Notes: generated by a model from the letters alone, not told the origin. A DNA stretch of 27,944 bases from a virus (IMGVR_UViG_3300016476_000735:1-27944); one strand, 5' to 3'. Positions 6,428 through 16,454 are shown, counted from the stretch's first letter. Program-made: numbers and translations.

Positions 6428-7900
6428 ATGGCAGAAATTACACTACAACAGGCCTACCAAAGCGCCGTTGCAACGAACTATTTGTATAACAGAAATAGAG
6501 ATCGTTGGCAATTCTTAATGGATTCATATCAAGGCGGTGAAGACTATCGCAATGGTGCTTACCTACAGCGTTATGCACTGGAAAACGACAAAGAATATAG
6601 TCTGCGTCTAACAAATACACCTTTAGATAATCAATGTAAAAGTCTAATCAGTCTTTATATCAGTTTCTTGTTTAGAGATGATGCCAGCAGAGATTTTGGT
6701 AGTTTAGATGAACATCCCATGGTGGAAAGCATACTAGAAGATGCAGACCTAGATGGACGCAGTATGAGTGCATTCATGAAAGATGTGGCAATATGGGCCA
6801 GCGTATTTGGACATTGCTGGATCTGCGTGGCCAAACCTAATGTGGAAGCCGCCAGTCTAGCAGATGAACTAGCACAAGGTGTTCGTCCTTATCTATCAAT
6901 GTATGTTCCATTGGCTGTTACAGATTGGACATGGGAGCGTCAACCTAATGGTGGTTATGCACTTAGCTATATCAAATTGCTAGAAGAAATCAATGATACA
7001 GAAACTAGAGTTGTAGAATGGACTCGCGAGTTTATCACTACCACAGTTATCAATGTAAAGAATAAAGAAGCTGTTAATTTTTATGTTGAACCTAATGGAC
7101 TAGGTCGTTTGCCTTTTATCTGCGCTTATGCAGAACGCAGTCCTGTTCGTGGTTTGGGTTCAAGTTTAATCTCAGATATTGCCGATCAACAGCGTATGAT
7201 TTACAATGAACTCAGTGAAGTTTATGACAGCATTAGATTGGATACACACCCAAGTCTTGTTGCCACCGAAGCAGTTAATACTACAGGTGCGGCAGCTGGA
7301 CAAGTTATCACCATGCCGGAAAACATGGATCCACAATTGAAGCCATATGTGCTACAATTCCAAGGTGGTCAAATCAGCAGTATCTATGACAGCATCAATA
7401 ATCGCGTTAAGATGATTGACAGTATGGGCAATGTAGGTTCAGTTCGTGCCACAGAAAGTAGGGAAATGTCAGGTCTGGCTATTTCTGTGGAATTTCAACT
7501 TTTGAACGCCCGCCTATCAAGTATTGCTGATAACCTTGAATTAGCTGAAGAACAAATTTGGCAAGAAATCTGCACATACCTAGGCATGGAGTGGGATGGC
7601 ATAATTGAATATCCCAGCAACTTTGCACTACACAATATTGACAATGAGCTAGACCAATTGGCCAAGATGAAACAATTAAGCACACGCCCAGAAATCCAAT
7701 TGGAAGTTGACAAGCGTATTGCTGAAATTCTAGATATAGAAATGTTAGAACAACAGTTAGGCACAGAAGTTGAAGAAGGTGAACAACCCATGGGTTACAC
7801 AGCACACAACATGATGAATGCAGAAGGATTGGTTATGTGGGTGGAGACACCGGAAGAAGAAGCCAATGCAATAGCCGCAGGCTATACACAAATGGTTTGA
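6428..7900 (+). CDS. Portal protein
   Basis: 490 aa directly after TerL; SGLA, DADLDG and GHCWI segments typical of SPP1-like portals. Confidence 0.9.
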   Translation: MAEITLQQAYQSAVATNYLYNRNRDRWQFLMDSYQGGEDYRNGAYLQRYALENDKEYSLRLTNTPLDNQCKSLISLYISFLFRDDASRDFGSLDEHPMVESILEDADLDGRSMSAFMKDVAIWASVFGHCWICVAKPNVEAASLADELAQGVRPYLSMYVPLAVTDWTWERQPNGGYALSYIKLLEEINDTETRVVEWTREFITTTVINVKNKEAVNFYVEPNGLGRLPFICAYAERSPVRGLGSSLISDIADQQRMIYNELSEVYDSIRLDTHPSLVATEAVNTTGAAAGQVITMPENMDPQLKPYVLQFQGGQISSIYDSINNRVKMIDSMGNVGSVRATESREMSGLAISVEFQLLNARLSSIADNLELAEEQIWQEICTYLGMEWDGIIEYPSNFALHNIDNELDQLAKMKQLSTRPEIQLEVDKRIAEILDIEMLEQQLGTEVEEGEQPMGYTAHNMMNAEGLVMWVETPEEEANAIAAGYTQMV

Positions 7901-7906
7901 AACGAA

Positions 7907-7912
7907 TAAATA
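7907..7912 (+). promoter_or_regulatory. T4-like late promoter core TAAATA
   Basis: Intergenic, upstream of the scaffold-capsid genes; followed by hairpin GGAGAA-TGAT-TTCTCC. Confidence 0.65.
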
Positions 7913-7968
7913 AACATAAGGAGAATGATTTCTCCATTACATTTTACTCTTAGAGAGGTGCGTTTACG

Positions 7969-8640
7969 ATGAGCGATAATACATCGGCTACAACAGAGAC
8001 TACTGAGGTCTCCACAGAAACAACTCAGGCAACGAAGACATTTACGCAAGATGAAGTCAATGCGATCTTGGCCAAAACTAAAACGCAATTAGAGCGTAAG
8101 TTTGCGTCAAAATACGAAGACTTAGGTGATCCTGAAGAACTTAGAACTATTGTCAGTCAATACAATAAGACTCGAGAGGAACAAGCTATCAAGCGTGGTG
8201 AATTCGAAAAAGTGCTACAGGAAAAGTTAGCGGCACGAGACGCTGAAATTTCCAAGCGCGACAAAATTATTGAGGAATTCCGATTGAACACTCCCATATT
8301 GGACGCGGCCGCAAGATTTCGTGCAGTTGCACCGGATCAAGTTAAAGCTCTCATTAGAAATAATGTGCGCCTAAACCCAGAAGGTGAACCCGAAGTCATC
8401 GATCGCGAAGGTAAGGTGAGGTATGACGATGCAGGTCGTCCATTATCAGTAGATTCTTTTGTTCAAGAGTTCTTGCAACAAAATCCACACTTTGTTCAAC
8501 CAACACCCTCTACCACTGCAACACGCAGTAATTTGGGTGGTGCAAAAATTGATAAACTCGATGTCGCCAAACTGGACATGAAAAATCCAGAGCACAGAAA
8601 ACTCTATGCGGAATATAGAAAATCCGCTGGAATTGTTTAA
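7969..8640 (+). CDS. Capsid scaffolding protein
   Basis: KTFTQDEVNAIL motif, coiled coil, position between portal and MCP. Confidence 0.85.
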   Translation: MSDNTSATTETTEVSTETTQATKTFTQDEVNAILAKTKTQLERKFASKYEDLGDPEELRTIVSQYNKTREEQAIKRGEFEKVLQEKLAARDAEISKRDKIIEEFRLNTPILDAAARFRAVAPDQVKALIRNNVRLNPEGEPEVIDREGKVRYDDAGRPLSVDSFVQEFLQQNPHFVQPTPSTTATRSNLGGAKIDKLDVAKLDMKNPEHRKLYAEYRKSAGIV

Positions 8641-8656
8641 TTAAAGGAAATTAAAA

Positions 8657-9502
8657 ATGGCTGGTTCTACCACTACTACATTAAACGATCTATTGCCTAG
8701 CATTGTTGCTGAGGCTATGTTCGTAGCAGGCGAGCGTTCTATTATGCGCGGCCTAGTTAAAAATTACGCTTTGGCTCCAGGTCAAGGCAAAACTGTTACA
8801 GTTCCTATCTATCCTCTTCAAACTGCCGCTGGCGTTACTGAAGGTGACGAAGTTAGCAACACAGCAGTATCTACAAGCGGTGCAACATTGACTGTTAGCA
8901 CAGCCGCTATCCGCACTTTGGTTACTGACCTTGCTGTTGCTTCTAGCGCAAGCAATGTTGTTGCTGACCTAGGTCGTTTATTCGGTGAAGCTATCGCTCG
9001 CAAAGTTGACGCCGACTTGATGGCCCTATTCAGTGGTTTCTCCGCTGGTGTTGGTGCCGCTGACGCCGCTCTAAGCGCCGCAACAATTGCCAAAGCAGCC
9101 GCTACATTGCGTGCCGCTGGCGTTCCTGCTACTGACTTAGCATGTGTTGTTAACCCTTATGTTGCTTATGACCTTAAGGCTAACTTAACAAACACATTTG
9201 CTAACCCAAATGCAGGTATGATCCAAAACGAAGCAATGGCAACAGGTTATGTTGGTTCATTGTTCGGTATCCCAGTTTATGAGTCTAGCCTAATTGCTGA
9301 CACAGGAACAGCTGGTGATTATGTTGGTGCTGTTTTCCACCGCGAAGCTCTAGGTTTAGCTACCGTCGGTGACATCAACATCGAAACTCAGCGTCGTGCT
9401 AGCTACTTAGGCACTGATGTTGTTGCTTCTATGCACTATGGCGTAGGCGAACTATATGATGGCTACGGCGTAAAAGTTACTGCCGACAGTTCCATTCTTT
9501 AA
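8657..9502 (+). CDS. Major capsid protein (HK97 fold)
   Basis: 281 aa; GKTVTVP, AIARKVD, CVVNP and GSLFGIPVYES motifs; strong codon bias. Confidence 0.92.
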   Translation: MAGSTTTTLNDLLPSIVAEAMFVAGERSIMRGLVKNYALAPGQGKTVTVPIYPLQTAAGVTEGDEVSNTAVSTSGATLTVSTAAIRTLVTDLAVASSASNVVADLGRLFGEAIARKVDADLMALFSGFSAGVGAADAALSAATIAKAAATLRAAGVPATDLACVVNPYVAYDLKANLTNTFANPNAGMIQNEAMATGYVGSLFGIPVYESSLIADTGTAGDYVGAVFHREALGLATVGDINIETQRRASYLGTDVVASMHYGVGELYDGYGVKVTADSSIL

Positions 9503-9521
9503 TCACTAAAGGGAGATCACG

Positions 9522-10031
9522 ATGGCTTTTAACTACAACGGTTCTACTTTTGTATCATTTGCTGTTTATGCTGATGTCGTCCAGCGTGACTCTCGCCTAT
9601 TTGAAGCAAACGAGGTAATCAATGACTCGACACTGATCGATGCCATGTTGACTTTAAGTAGTCAGCGTATCTTAACTAAAATTAAGAATAGTGATTGGTG
9701 GGCTTCTTATAACTTTGATCGTAATGTTGCTTTGCAAAGAGATGTAAGACAACTTCCTGATGTAGACCCCGACAAAATCGATGCGATGCAACAGGAATTT
9801 AAAGACATGAATATCTATCATGCGCTTTATGAATACATCCTTCCCAAGGTAGCAGATTTTGGTAATGAAACCAGTGCGGAAGTCGTTAAGATCAAGCACT
9901 ACAAAGACCAATTCGACATGTTATATAAAGAAGTCATTGAAGCAGGCAGCTGGTATGATTTCGATGGCGACAACGCTATTGAAACTACTGAAAAAGCTCC
10001 CAGCATCGTTAACCGTGTGAGAATTAGATAA
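9522..10031 (+). CDS. Putative head-tail adaptor
   Basis: Position after MCP; 169 aa; C-terminal YDFDGDNAI. Confidence 0.6.
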   Translation: MAFNYNGSTFVSFAVYADVVQRDSRLFEANEVINDSTLIDAMLTLSSQRILTKIKNSDWWASYNFDRNVALQRDVRQLPDVDPDKIDAMQQEFKDMNIYHALYEYILPKVADFGNETSAEVVKIKHYKDQFDMLYKEVIEAGSWYDFDGDNAIETTEKAPSIVNRVRIR

Positions 10032-10423
10032 TGCGTAGCCAATTGATTACATACATGACTAATAATATGCCCAGTGCTTTTAAGGTCAGCCAAGAATTAC
10101 CATTCGATGAGGGTGGCAATCCTTTGTTCCGCAAAAACATGAAGCGTTTTTATTTAGGCAATGCGCAGGTAGAGACTACAGTTCTACAGGCAATTATCAA
10201 TGGTAACGATGTTATGGAAACTCGCACAACAGTTTTCGCTTACCTAGCAGTAGATGCTAAGAATAGGCCAAGTGATTTAGACACAGCACTCAGTGTAATG
10301 GCTAACGCCAGGACACAAAGTGGTATAAGCAATTCATTTAGAAATGAGTTTACTTACACTACTGAAATAGACGAAGGTGTAGAGATTTACACATTCGAGT
10401 ATAATTTCTACACGATAGCATAA
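10031..10423 (+). CDS. Putative tail terminator / head-tail joining protein
   Basis: 130 aa, beta-rich, directly upstream of the tail tube. Confidence 0.55.
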   Translation: MRSQLITYMTNNMPSAFKVSQELPFDEGGNPLFRKNMKRFYLGNAQVETTVLQAIINGNDVMETRTTVFAYLAVDAKNRPSDLDTALSVMANARTQSGISNSFRNEFTYTTEIDEGVEIYTFEYNFYTIA

Positions 10424-10433
10424 AGGAAAAAAA

Positions 10434-10946
10434 ATGGCATACATTAACGCAGCCTCTAGTGCAGACTTCGTAAGAGTCCTAGTTCGCATTAATGACGGTT
10501 CTGCTCCTGCAGAGGCCGACTTCCACAGCAGTGGCACAGCAACTAGCGGCACTTTAGAAGTTCCCGCCCTACAAGATATCACAATCACCAATACTCCAAG
10601 CACATTTCGCTGGAAACAATTGGATACAGCTTCCGAGAAAGTTGTTACAAGTGTTAGCACCAACAGCATCAGCGGCACATTGGTTCTAGATCCAACTACA
10701 TTCTTCGGAACAGTTGGCACTAGCCCATATGACGCAGTTGAAAAAGGTATCTTTAACTTGTCTAACGAAAAGACTAAAGTCGATTTCTTAATCGGCCTAT
10801 CTGGTCTTTCTACTGGTGACCGTTACATTATGGGTAGCGGCTACTTCAGTGGCGTTGCACCTCAAGTTAGTGCAGACAGTCCAGTTTGGACCTCAAGCAT
10901 TAGCATTGAAGTTGACGGTGACTTCACAGCTGGCACAGCGACCTAA
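10434..10946 (+). CDS. Major tail tube protein
   Basis: 170 aa, S/T/G-rich; C-terminal GSGYFSG...SISIEVDG; followed by a strong terminator and then the chaperones. Confidence 0.8.
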   Translation: MAYINAASSADFVRVLVRINDGSAPAEADFHSSGTATSGTLEVPALQDITITNTPSTFRWKQLDTASEKVVTSVSTNSISGTLVLDPTTFFGTVGTSPYDAVEKGIFNLSNEKTKVDFLIGLSGLSTGDRYIMGSGYFSGVAPQVSADSPVWTSSISIEVDGDFTAGTAT

Positions 10947-10966
10947 TCAGTCCTGTGTATAACGAC

Positions 10967-10989
10967 AGGCACCTTCGGGTGCCTTTCTT
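10967..10989 (+). terminator. Rho-independent terminator with cUUCGg tetraloop
   Basis: AGGCACC-TTCG-GGTGCCT followed by TTCTT. Confidence 0.85.
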
Positions 10990-10994
10990 ATGGC

Positions 10995-11000
10995 TAAATA
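10995..11000 (+). promoter_or_regulatory. T4-like late promoter core TAAATA
   Basis: Immediately after the terminator and upstream of the chaperone-TMP operon. Confidence 0.7.
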
Positions 11001-11022
11001 TTACTGGGAGATATTTGTTTTT

Positions 11023-11199
11023 ATGTTATTTGATGATAAACCAGTGGAGGTCATATTAAAAAGCCTCGAGGGCGAAGTAGCAAAAGCCCTTAGCGAACTG
11101 AGATGCGCTAAAAACGATTTGAGCCAGTGTGAAAATAGACTGAAGTTTATTCTAGCCACTGTGCATTACCTAAAGAGCCGTAACGATAAGGAGATATGA
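11023..11199 (+). CDS. Small coiled-coil hypothetical protein
   Basis: ATG 11023 with upstream GGAG preferred over 10990, which lies at the terminator end, upstream of the TAAATA motif. Confidence 0.65.
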   Translation: MLFDDKPVEVILKSLEGEVAKALSELRCAKNDLSQCENRLKFILATVHYLKSRNDKEI

Positions 11200-11200
11200 A

Positions 11201-11503
11201 ATGGCAAAATCACTAACACAACTGGCTGCAAAGCCGCAACTAATTAAGATTGTTCTAGATTCCTCAGAGATTGTAGAACAGTATGGCGAAGAACTTGAGT
11301 TCTATATTTGGGATCGCCAACCCATTGCAAAGTTCATGAGCATTGCTAGCACAATGAACAGCAACTATACCGAAGCAGTCAGTATGATGAATGACTTGAT
11401 CTTAGATGAAGAAGGTCAACCTGTTTGTCGCGATGGTATGGTGCTGCCTAGCACAGTAATGAGTTTTGCAATTCAAAAGGTTATTGAACATTTGGGAAAG
11501 TAA
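11201..11503 (+). CDS. Tail assembly chaperone (lambda gpG analogue)
   Basis: Between tube and TMP; ends in G GGA AAG TAA; AAGGAG RBS. Confidence 0.85.
   Translation: MAKSLTQLAAKPQLIKIVLDSSEIVEQYGEELEFYIWDRQPIAKFMSIASTMNSNYTEAVSMMNDLILDEEGQPVCRDGMVLPSTVMSFAIQKVIEHLGK
11494..11500 (+). promoter_or_regulatory. -1 programmed ribosomal frameshift site GGGAAAG
   Basis: Identical to the lambda G-T slippery heptamer, in X XXY YYZ phase; -1 frame is open to 11763. Confidence 0.9.
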
Positions 11504-11763
11504 CAAACGAAGAGATCGATGAGCATAGTCAGGAATTTAAGTTCTTGATTATGCTGGATCAAATGGCAGAGCGATATGGCAAGTTGCCCAGTGAATTGAT
11601 AGAGCATGCCACAACAGTAGATCTCTTCGTATATGATACAAGTGTAAGTTATAGGAATTTATTAGAGCGTAGAAGTAGAGGCGAAAAAGACGAAATACCA
11701 CAAGAAGTGTTATTGAAGAAATGGGAACAGTATAAAGATGCTAAAGGCAAAAGTAACAAGTGA
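11500..11763 (+). CDS. Frameshift extension of tail chaperone (gpGT analogue, fusion about 187 aa)
   Basis: -1 frame VTNEEIDEHSQEFKFLIMLDQMAERYGKLPSE... is continuous with ORF 11545..11763. Confidence 0.85.
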   Translation, partial: VTNEEIDEHSQEFKFLIMLDQMAERYGKLPSELIEHATTVDLFVYDTSVSYRNLLERRSRGEKDEIPQEVLLKKWEQYKDAKGKSNK

Positions 11764-12028
11764 TATCAAGCAGGAAATGGCAGCTTACTCAAAGGTGGCT
11801 GCACAAGTTGCAAAACGCAGTTATGAATACTTTAAGAGCATAACTCCTATACAGTCAGGTAATGCTCGTCGAAATACCCGACTCAATGACACAACCATTG
11901 AAGCCAATTACAGTTATGCTGACAAATTAGATAGTGGTTCAAGTCGCCAAGCACCAAAAGGCATGACCGAGCCCACTGTTAAAAAGATGGACAAATATCT
12001 TGAAGAGGAATTCAAGAAGATTAGATAA
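11738..12028 (+). CDS. HK97 gp10-like tail completion protein
   Basis: TPIQSGNARRN, YADKLDSG and QAPKGM motifs. Confidence 0.7.
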   Translation: MLKAKVTSDIKQEMAAYSKVAAQVAKRSYEYFKSITPIQSGNARRNTRLNDTTIEANYSYADKLDSGSSRQAPKGMTEPTVKKMDKYLEEEFKKIR

Positions 12029-12037
12029 GGATAAGAT

Positions 12038-15000
12038 ATGGCCGGTATTAAAGTTGCATTAGAGTTAGATGACCGCAAGTATCAACAAGCGTTGAAAAAC
12101 GCAACTACCGCGGCAGAAAACTTTGCAAAGACTGTAAATTCCAGTGCGGCTAGTGCAGGTGGCGCCATGGCCACTCTGGCAGGTAGATTAGATACTGTTA
12201 ATTCGGCAATGAGCCGTATGGGCACATTTGCAGATGCTGCCACCAGTAGAATGTCTAGTTTGGCCACAGCGATCGCCGGCGTAGGTCTTGCGGCATTTGT
12301 TGGTAATCTATTACAAAGCGCCAGTGCTATTAAAGACATTGGTGAAAGTTTTGGCATTACAACACAGCGAGCAGTTGAATTAGACGCAGGTTTTACAAGA
12401 GCAGGTCGAAGCACAGACCAATTGAATACTGCTATGGCTACATTTGCCGGCACTATTGAAGCGGCTCGTGGTGGTAGTGCAAAAGCGCAAGTCACGCTGG
12501 AAAAACTAGGCTTAACAGCTCAAGATGTTGCTCCGGGTGCAGAATTTACAACAGGTTTTGAAAAAGCCGCAAGAGCCATGGCCAGTGCCAATGGCAGCAC
12601 AGAATTATTAACAGCCAGCTATGATGCATTCGGTAAAGCCGCAAAAGGCCTAATCTGGAGTGATGTTGTAGATGGTATGGAAAGTGCTCGTAGTAAAAGT
12701 GGCGAACTTGCGGGCAATGTAGAAAAACTAGATGCCGCACAAAAGTCTCTAGAGATCAGTGCAAAAAATATTAAAAATGCATTTATCAACATACTAGGAC
12801 CAGCCGCAGAACAGTTTGCTGAATTAATGAAGAATGCCGATACTGCTCGTATTGCAGTAGCTGGACTTGGTGCCGCAATGGCCATTGTAGCCAGCGGTGC
12901 AATCATTAATGGTATCAAAGCATTACTAGGCGTTGTGGCTAGTTTGGCAGGTGCATTTGGATTAAGTGCAGTAGCAACCACAGCAGAAACTACAGCATTG
13001 GCTGCAAACACATCAACCTTGGCAGCTAACAATGCACTTAGAGCACAAGGTTTGGCAGCTCGTGTAGCCAGTCTAGAAGCCAGTATTGCCACTGCTCGAG
13101 CTACTCAAGCAGAAGCAGTCAGTGCCGCAGAATTAGCAGCCTCGCAAGCAGTATTAGAAAGAACAACATGGCGTTTGGTAGTTGCTAAAGGTGCGCTAGC
13201 AGAAGCAACAGGCGCCAGCACAATAGGAACAACAGCACAAGCAGGAGCCACAGCAGCCGCAGGCACAGCAGCCGCGGGTGCCGCAGGTGGATTTGCCGCA
13301 TTTACCGCAGCCGTATTGGCCGCACTAAAGGCTATAACATTATTTCTAGCTAGAGTTGCAGTTATTGCCACAGTGGTAATTGGTATCAATGAAGCAGTCA
13401 AAGCGGCATTTGATGTCGATCCAATTGACTTCTTTGCAACAAAACTAGAATCATTAGTAAAAGATAATTTCCCGGCACTATACGCGGCACTGGAAAAAAT
13501 TGGTAATTGGTTTGGCATGGCGCCTGGCAAGTTAAATGACATGGGCAAGGCTGCTAACCAAACAGCAGAAACATTCAAGCGACTAGGCATAAGTCCCAGC
13601 GGTGTAGAAGGTGGTAGAGGCACAGTTAATCCTCCCACAGTAGGCAGCGCAGCCGCAGCCGCTACAGGCGATGGTGGTGAAACAAAATGGCTCAAACCAT
13701 GGCTAGCACAAGAAGCCGCGCTTAAGAGTCAATACGATTTACAAAAACTGCAAAATGAAGAAGCACAAAAGCGTCTAGCATTACAGGTCCAATTGGTTGG
13801 TTTAGGTGAAGCAGAAAAGACAGCACGCCTAGCTACATTCGATGCTGAAAGCAAGCGCACAATAGAAATTGCAAAACAGCGAGCAGACATTGCCAAGATG
13901 GAATTGCAAATTAGTCAAGGTGGAGAAGAAGCCGCTAAGACTTATGGCGGACAGTTAAAGATCATGAAGGATCAATTGGCTGTAATGCAAAATCAAAAGG
14001 ACAGCACAGCAGCCAACACAGCAGAACTTGCTCGACAAAATGATTTATTGGCCATGAGCAAAGTGTTCATTGAAATGCAGGCCAAAGCTAAACAGCAGGT
14101 CAAAGATATTGACAGCGCCATTGCAGATTTCAATCGCAGTGAAGATGAACGCAAACTTGCCGCGATACAAAAACAAATCGATGCAGAAGCAGAACTTGCA
14201 ATCAAGAAGCGTCAGGATCAACTAGGTAATGTTCCTATCAGCGAACAAGAACGCTTGGATATTATCAAGAAGACCACAGATGCATATGATCCATTAATTG
14301 CCAAACAAAAAGAATTAAATGCCGCAACAGCAGAAAATGCGGCTCGTTTGTTTGCTCTAGACTTACAAAACACAGCTATTGCAGATGGTATTAAGATGCA
14401 GGCTGAGTTGGCCAAGTTGACGCAGACAGGCGATCAACAGCGCATCACAGACCTAAACACACAATTAGAATTATTGGCTAGACAAGAAATTGTTCGTCGT
14501 CAAAGTTTGCTAAAGCCCGGCGAAAAGTTAGATGCAACTGCACAAGCTAAGATCCGTCAGCAGGTATTTGATGCTAACAAAGAACTCATCGACAGCACAA
14601 ATCAATTGATTGAAAAAGGACGAGAATTCCAAACAGGTTGGGAAGGTGCATTCAATCAATACAAGAGTGATGCATTCAACGCAGCCAATGAAGCAAGAAC
14701 CTATTTTGAAACATTCAGCAAGGGTTTCGAAGATGCATTTGTGCGTATGGTAACAACAGGCAAACTAAGTTTTAAAGATCTAGCTAACACATTGATTGCT
14801 GAATTTGCTCGTGTGCAGGCCAAGAAATTGTTCTCCAACATGTTCGGTAACATGGGTGGTGGTGGAGGCGGAGGCTTCTTTGGCAACATCCTAGGCAGCG
14901 TGGGCAAGTTCTTCGGTGGACTATTTGCAGAAGGCGGTAATCCTCCGGTAGGCAAAGCCAGCATCGTTGGTGAAAAAGGTCCTGAATGGTTTGTTCCTAA

Positions 15001-15187
15001 AGTTGCAGGCACAATTATTCCCAATGACCAATTAGGTGGAATGGGTGGTAATCAAACAGTAGTAACTTACAATATTAATGCAGTTGATGCAGCCAGCTTT
15101 AAACAGATGTTGGCACAAGATCCCAAGTTCTTACATGCAGTAGCAGAAAAAGGACGCCGTAGTTATCCACAAGGAGCAATGAGATAA
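12038..15187 (+). CDS. Tail tape measure protein
   Basis: 1049 aa, Ala-rich helical; lambda-like C-terminus (TGKLSFKDL, FAEGG, VGEKGPEWFVP). Confidence 0.95.
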   Translation: MAGIKVALELDDRKYQQALKNATTAAENFAKTVNSSAASAGGAMATLAGRLDTVNSAMSRMGTFADAATSRMSSLATAIAGVGLAAFVGNLLQSASAIKDIGESFGITTQRAVELDAGFTRAGRSTDQLNTAMATFAGTIEAARGGSAKAQVTLEKLGLTAQDVAPGAEFTTGFEKAARAMASANGSTELLTASYDAFGKAAKGLIWSDVVDGMESARSKSGELAGNVEKLDAAQKSLEISAKNIKNAFINILGPAAEQFAELMKNADTARIAVAGLGAAMAIVASGAIINGIKALLGVVASLAGAFGLSAVATTAETTALAANTSTLAANNALRAQGLAARVASLEASIATARATQAEAVSAAELAASQAVLERTTWRLVVAKGALAEATGASTIGTTAQAGATAAAGTAAAGAAGGFAAFTAAVLAALKAITLFLARVAVIATVVIGINEAVKAAFDVDPIDFFATKLESLVKDNFPALYAALEKIGNWFGMAPGKLNDMGKAANQTAETFKRLGISPSGVEGGRGTVNPPTVGSAAAAATGDGGETKWLKPWLAQEAALKSQYDLQKLQNEEAQKRLALQVQLVGLGEAEKTARLATFDAESKRTIEIAKQRADIAKMELQISQGGEEAAKTYGGQLKIMKDQLAVMQNQKDSTAANTAELARQNDLLAMSKVFIEMQAKAKQQVKDIDSAIADFNRSEDERKLAAIQKQIDAEAELAIKKRQDQLGNVPISEQERLDIIKKTTDAYDPLIAKQKELNAATAENAARLFALDLQNTAIADGIKMQAELAKLTQTGDQQRITDLNTQLELLARQEIVRRQSLLKPGEKLDATAQAKIRQQVFDANKELIDSTNQLIEKGREFQTGWEGAFNQYKSDAFNAANEARTYFETFSKGFEDAFVRMVTTGKLSFKDLANTLIAEFARVQAKKLFSNMFGNMGGGGGGGFFGNILGSVGKFFGGLFAEGGNPPVGKASIVGEKGPEWFVPKVAGTIIPNDQLGGMGGNQTVVTYNINAVDAASFKQMLAQDPKFLHAVAEKGRRSYPQGAMR

Positions 15188-15837
15188 TGTCTATACAAAC
15201 AATTATTAACACAGCGCAGAGCATTGAAGCCAGTCGCCAAGCACTTGTGGCTAGCAGTATGAGCCGCAGTGGTAGATTATTTACAGGTGCTCGTAACTGG
15301 GCCAAGCCCTGGCGCTTTACTGTAACACCAAAACCTATTTGGAGTATTGCAGAAGGTCGTGCTATCATTGAAGCAGTAATGAACCCGGACAAGCACAGTG
15401 AACAAACTATTAAACTAGGACAAGGATCTGCCGCTTGGGTAACAGCATATCAAGGCTCTGTTACAGTCACAGCAGGTCAGCTAGATGGCATAACAGTGGC
15501 CAGCGCCACAGGCACTAGCATGGTCGTTAACTACACTGGACTAACAGATGGGCAGAATATTGTTCGAGCTGGAGATATCATACAACCGACAGGACATAGA
15601 TATCCTTATGTTGTGCAAACCGATGTTAACGCAACTGGCGCTACAGGCACAGCAACTATTACGCTTAATAGAGGTTATTTGCCACAAACCGGTTACACAG
15701 TGGCAGGTGTTACTGTAACAGTTGGTGTCGATTGTTCTTGGCGTGTCAAAGTAAGTAAACTACCAACATACAGATTTTTACCTGGCCAGTTGGTCGAATT
15801 CACAGAAGAATTTGAACTAATCGAAAGTGTAATCTAA
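15187..15837 (+). CDS. Distal tail protein-like
   Basis: Follows TMP; 216 aa; AGDIIQ motif; ends FELIESVI. Confidence 0.6.
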   Translation: MSIQTIINTAQSIEASRQALVASSMSRSGRLFTGARNWAKPWRFTVTPKPIWSIAEGRAIIEAVMNPDKHSEQTIKLGQGSAAWVTAYQGSVTVTAGQLDGITVASATGTSMVVNYTGLTDGQNIVRAGDIIQPTGHRYPYVVQTDVNATGATGTATITLNRGYLPQTGYTVAGVTVTVGVDCSWRVKVSKLPTYRFLPGQLVEFTEEFELIESVI

Positions 15838-16454
15838 TGGCACAGACAATTACAGCAGTTCAACAACCGGGCATTGAGCATGGTGTCTTAATCGACCTCA
15901 CATTGCCTGATCCTATTACAGGTGCAGCCACGCTATATCGCATCAGCAACTGTTATACCAATGTAGTGCATAATGGCAACACTTACACCGCCCTAGGCGG
16001 TTTTCTAAATGTTACTGACATTGCCGGCGACTTACAAAAAACCAGCAATGATATTACACTGAGCCTAAGTGCTATTCCCAGTGAATACATTGAAGCTATC
16101 ATGAAGCAGGAGATTAAAGGCGGCACTTTGCGTATCTATCGTGCTTTCTTTGATAGTGCTACACAAACAGTTTTACCTAATCAAGTGTTTCTTCGTTTCG
16201 ATGGCTATATCACTAACTATGCTATACAAGAAGATGTTAACACAGAAACAGTCACGCATACTATTACAGTTACAGCATCAAGCATACTGGGTATTTTAGA
16301 ACAGCGTGTTGCTGGCCGCAGAACTAACGAAAGCAGTTATCAAAGATATTTTGCCGAACAAAACATCACTAATAGCATTACCGCTGATCCCAGCATGAGC
16401 CGCATTGTTATTCTTAAGGCTGCAAGTTTTGATTTTGGAAAGAAGCCATCATGA
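15837..16454 (+). CDS. Baseplate hub / minor tail protein (lambda gpL / DUF2163-like)
   Basis: GNTYTALGGFL, ITLSLSAI, IYRAFFD, FDGYI and GRRTN motifs; position. Confidence 0.7.
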   Translation: MAQTITAVQQPGIEHGVLIDLTLPDPITGAATLYRISNCYTNVVHNGNTYTALGGFLNVTDIAGDLQKTSNDITLSLSAIPSEYIEAIMKQEIKGGTLRIYRAFFDSATQTVLPNQVFLRFDGYITNYAIQEDVNTETVTHTITVTASSILGILEQRVAGRRTNESSYQRYFAEQNITNSITADPSMSRIVILKAASFDFGKKPS

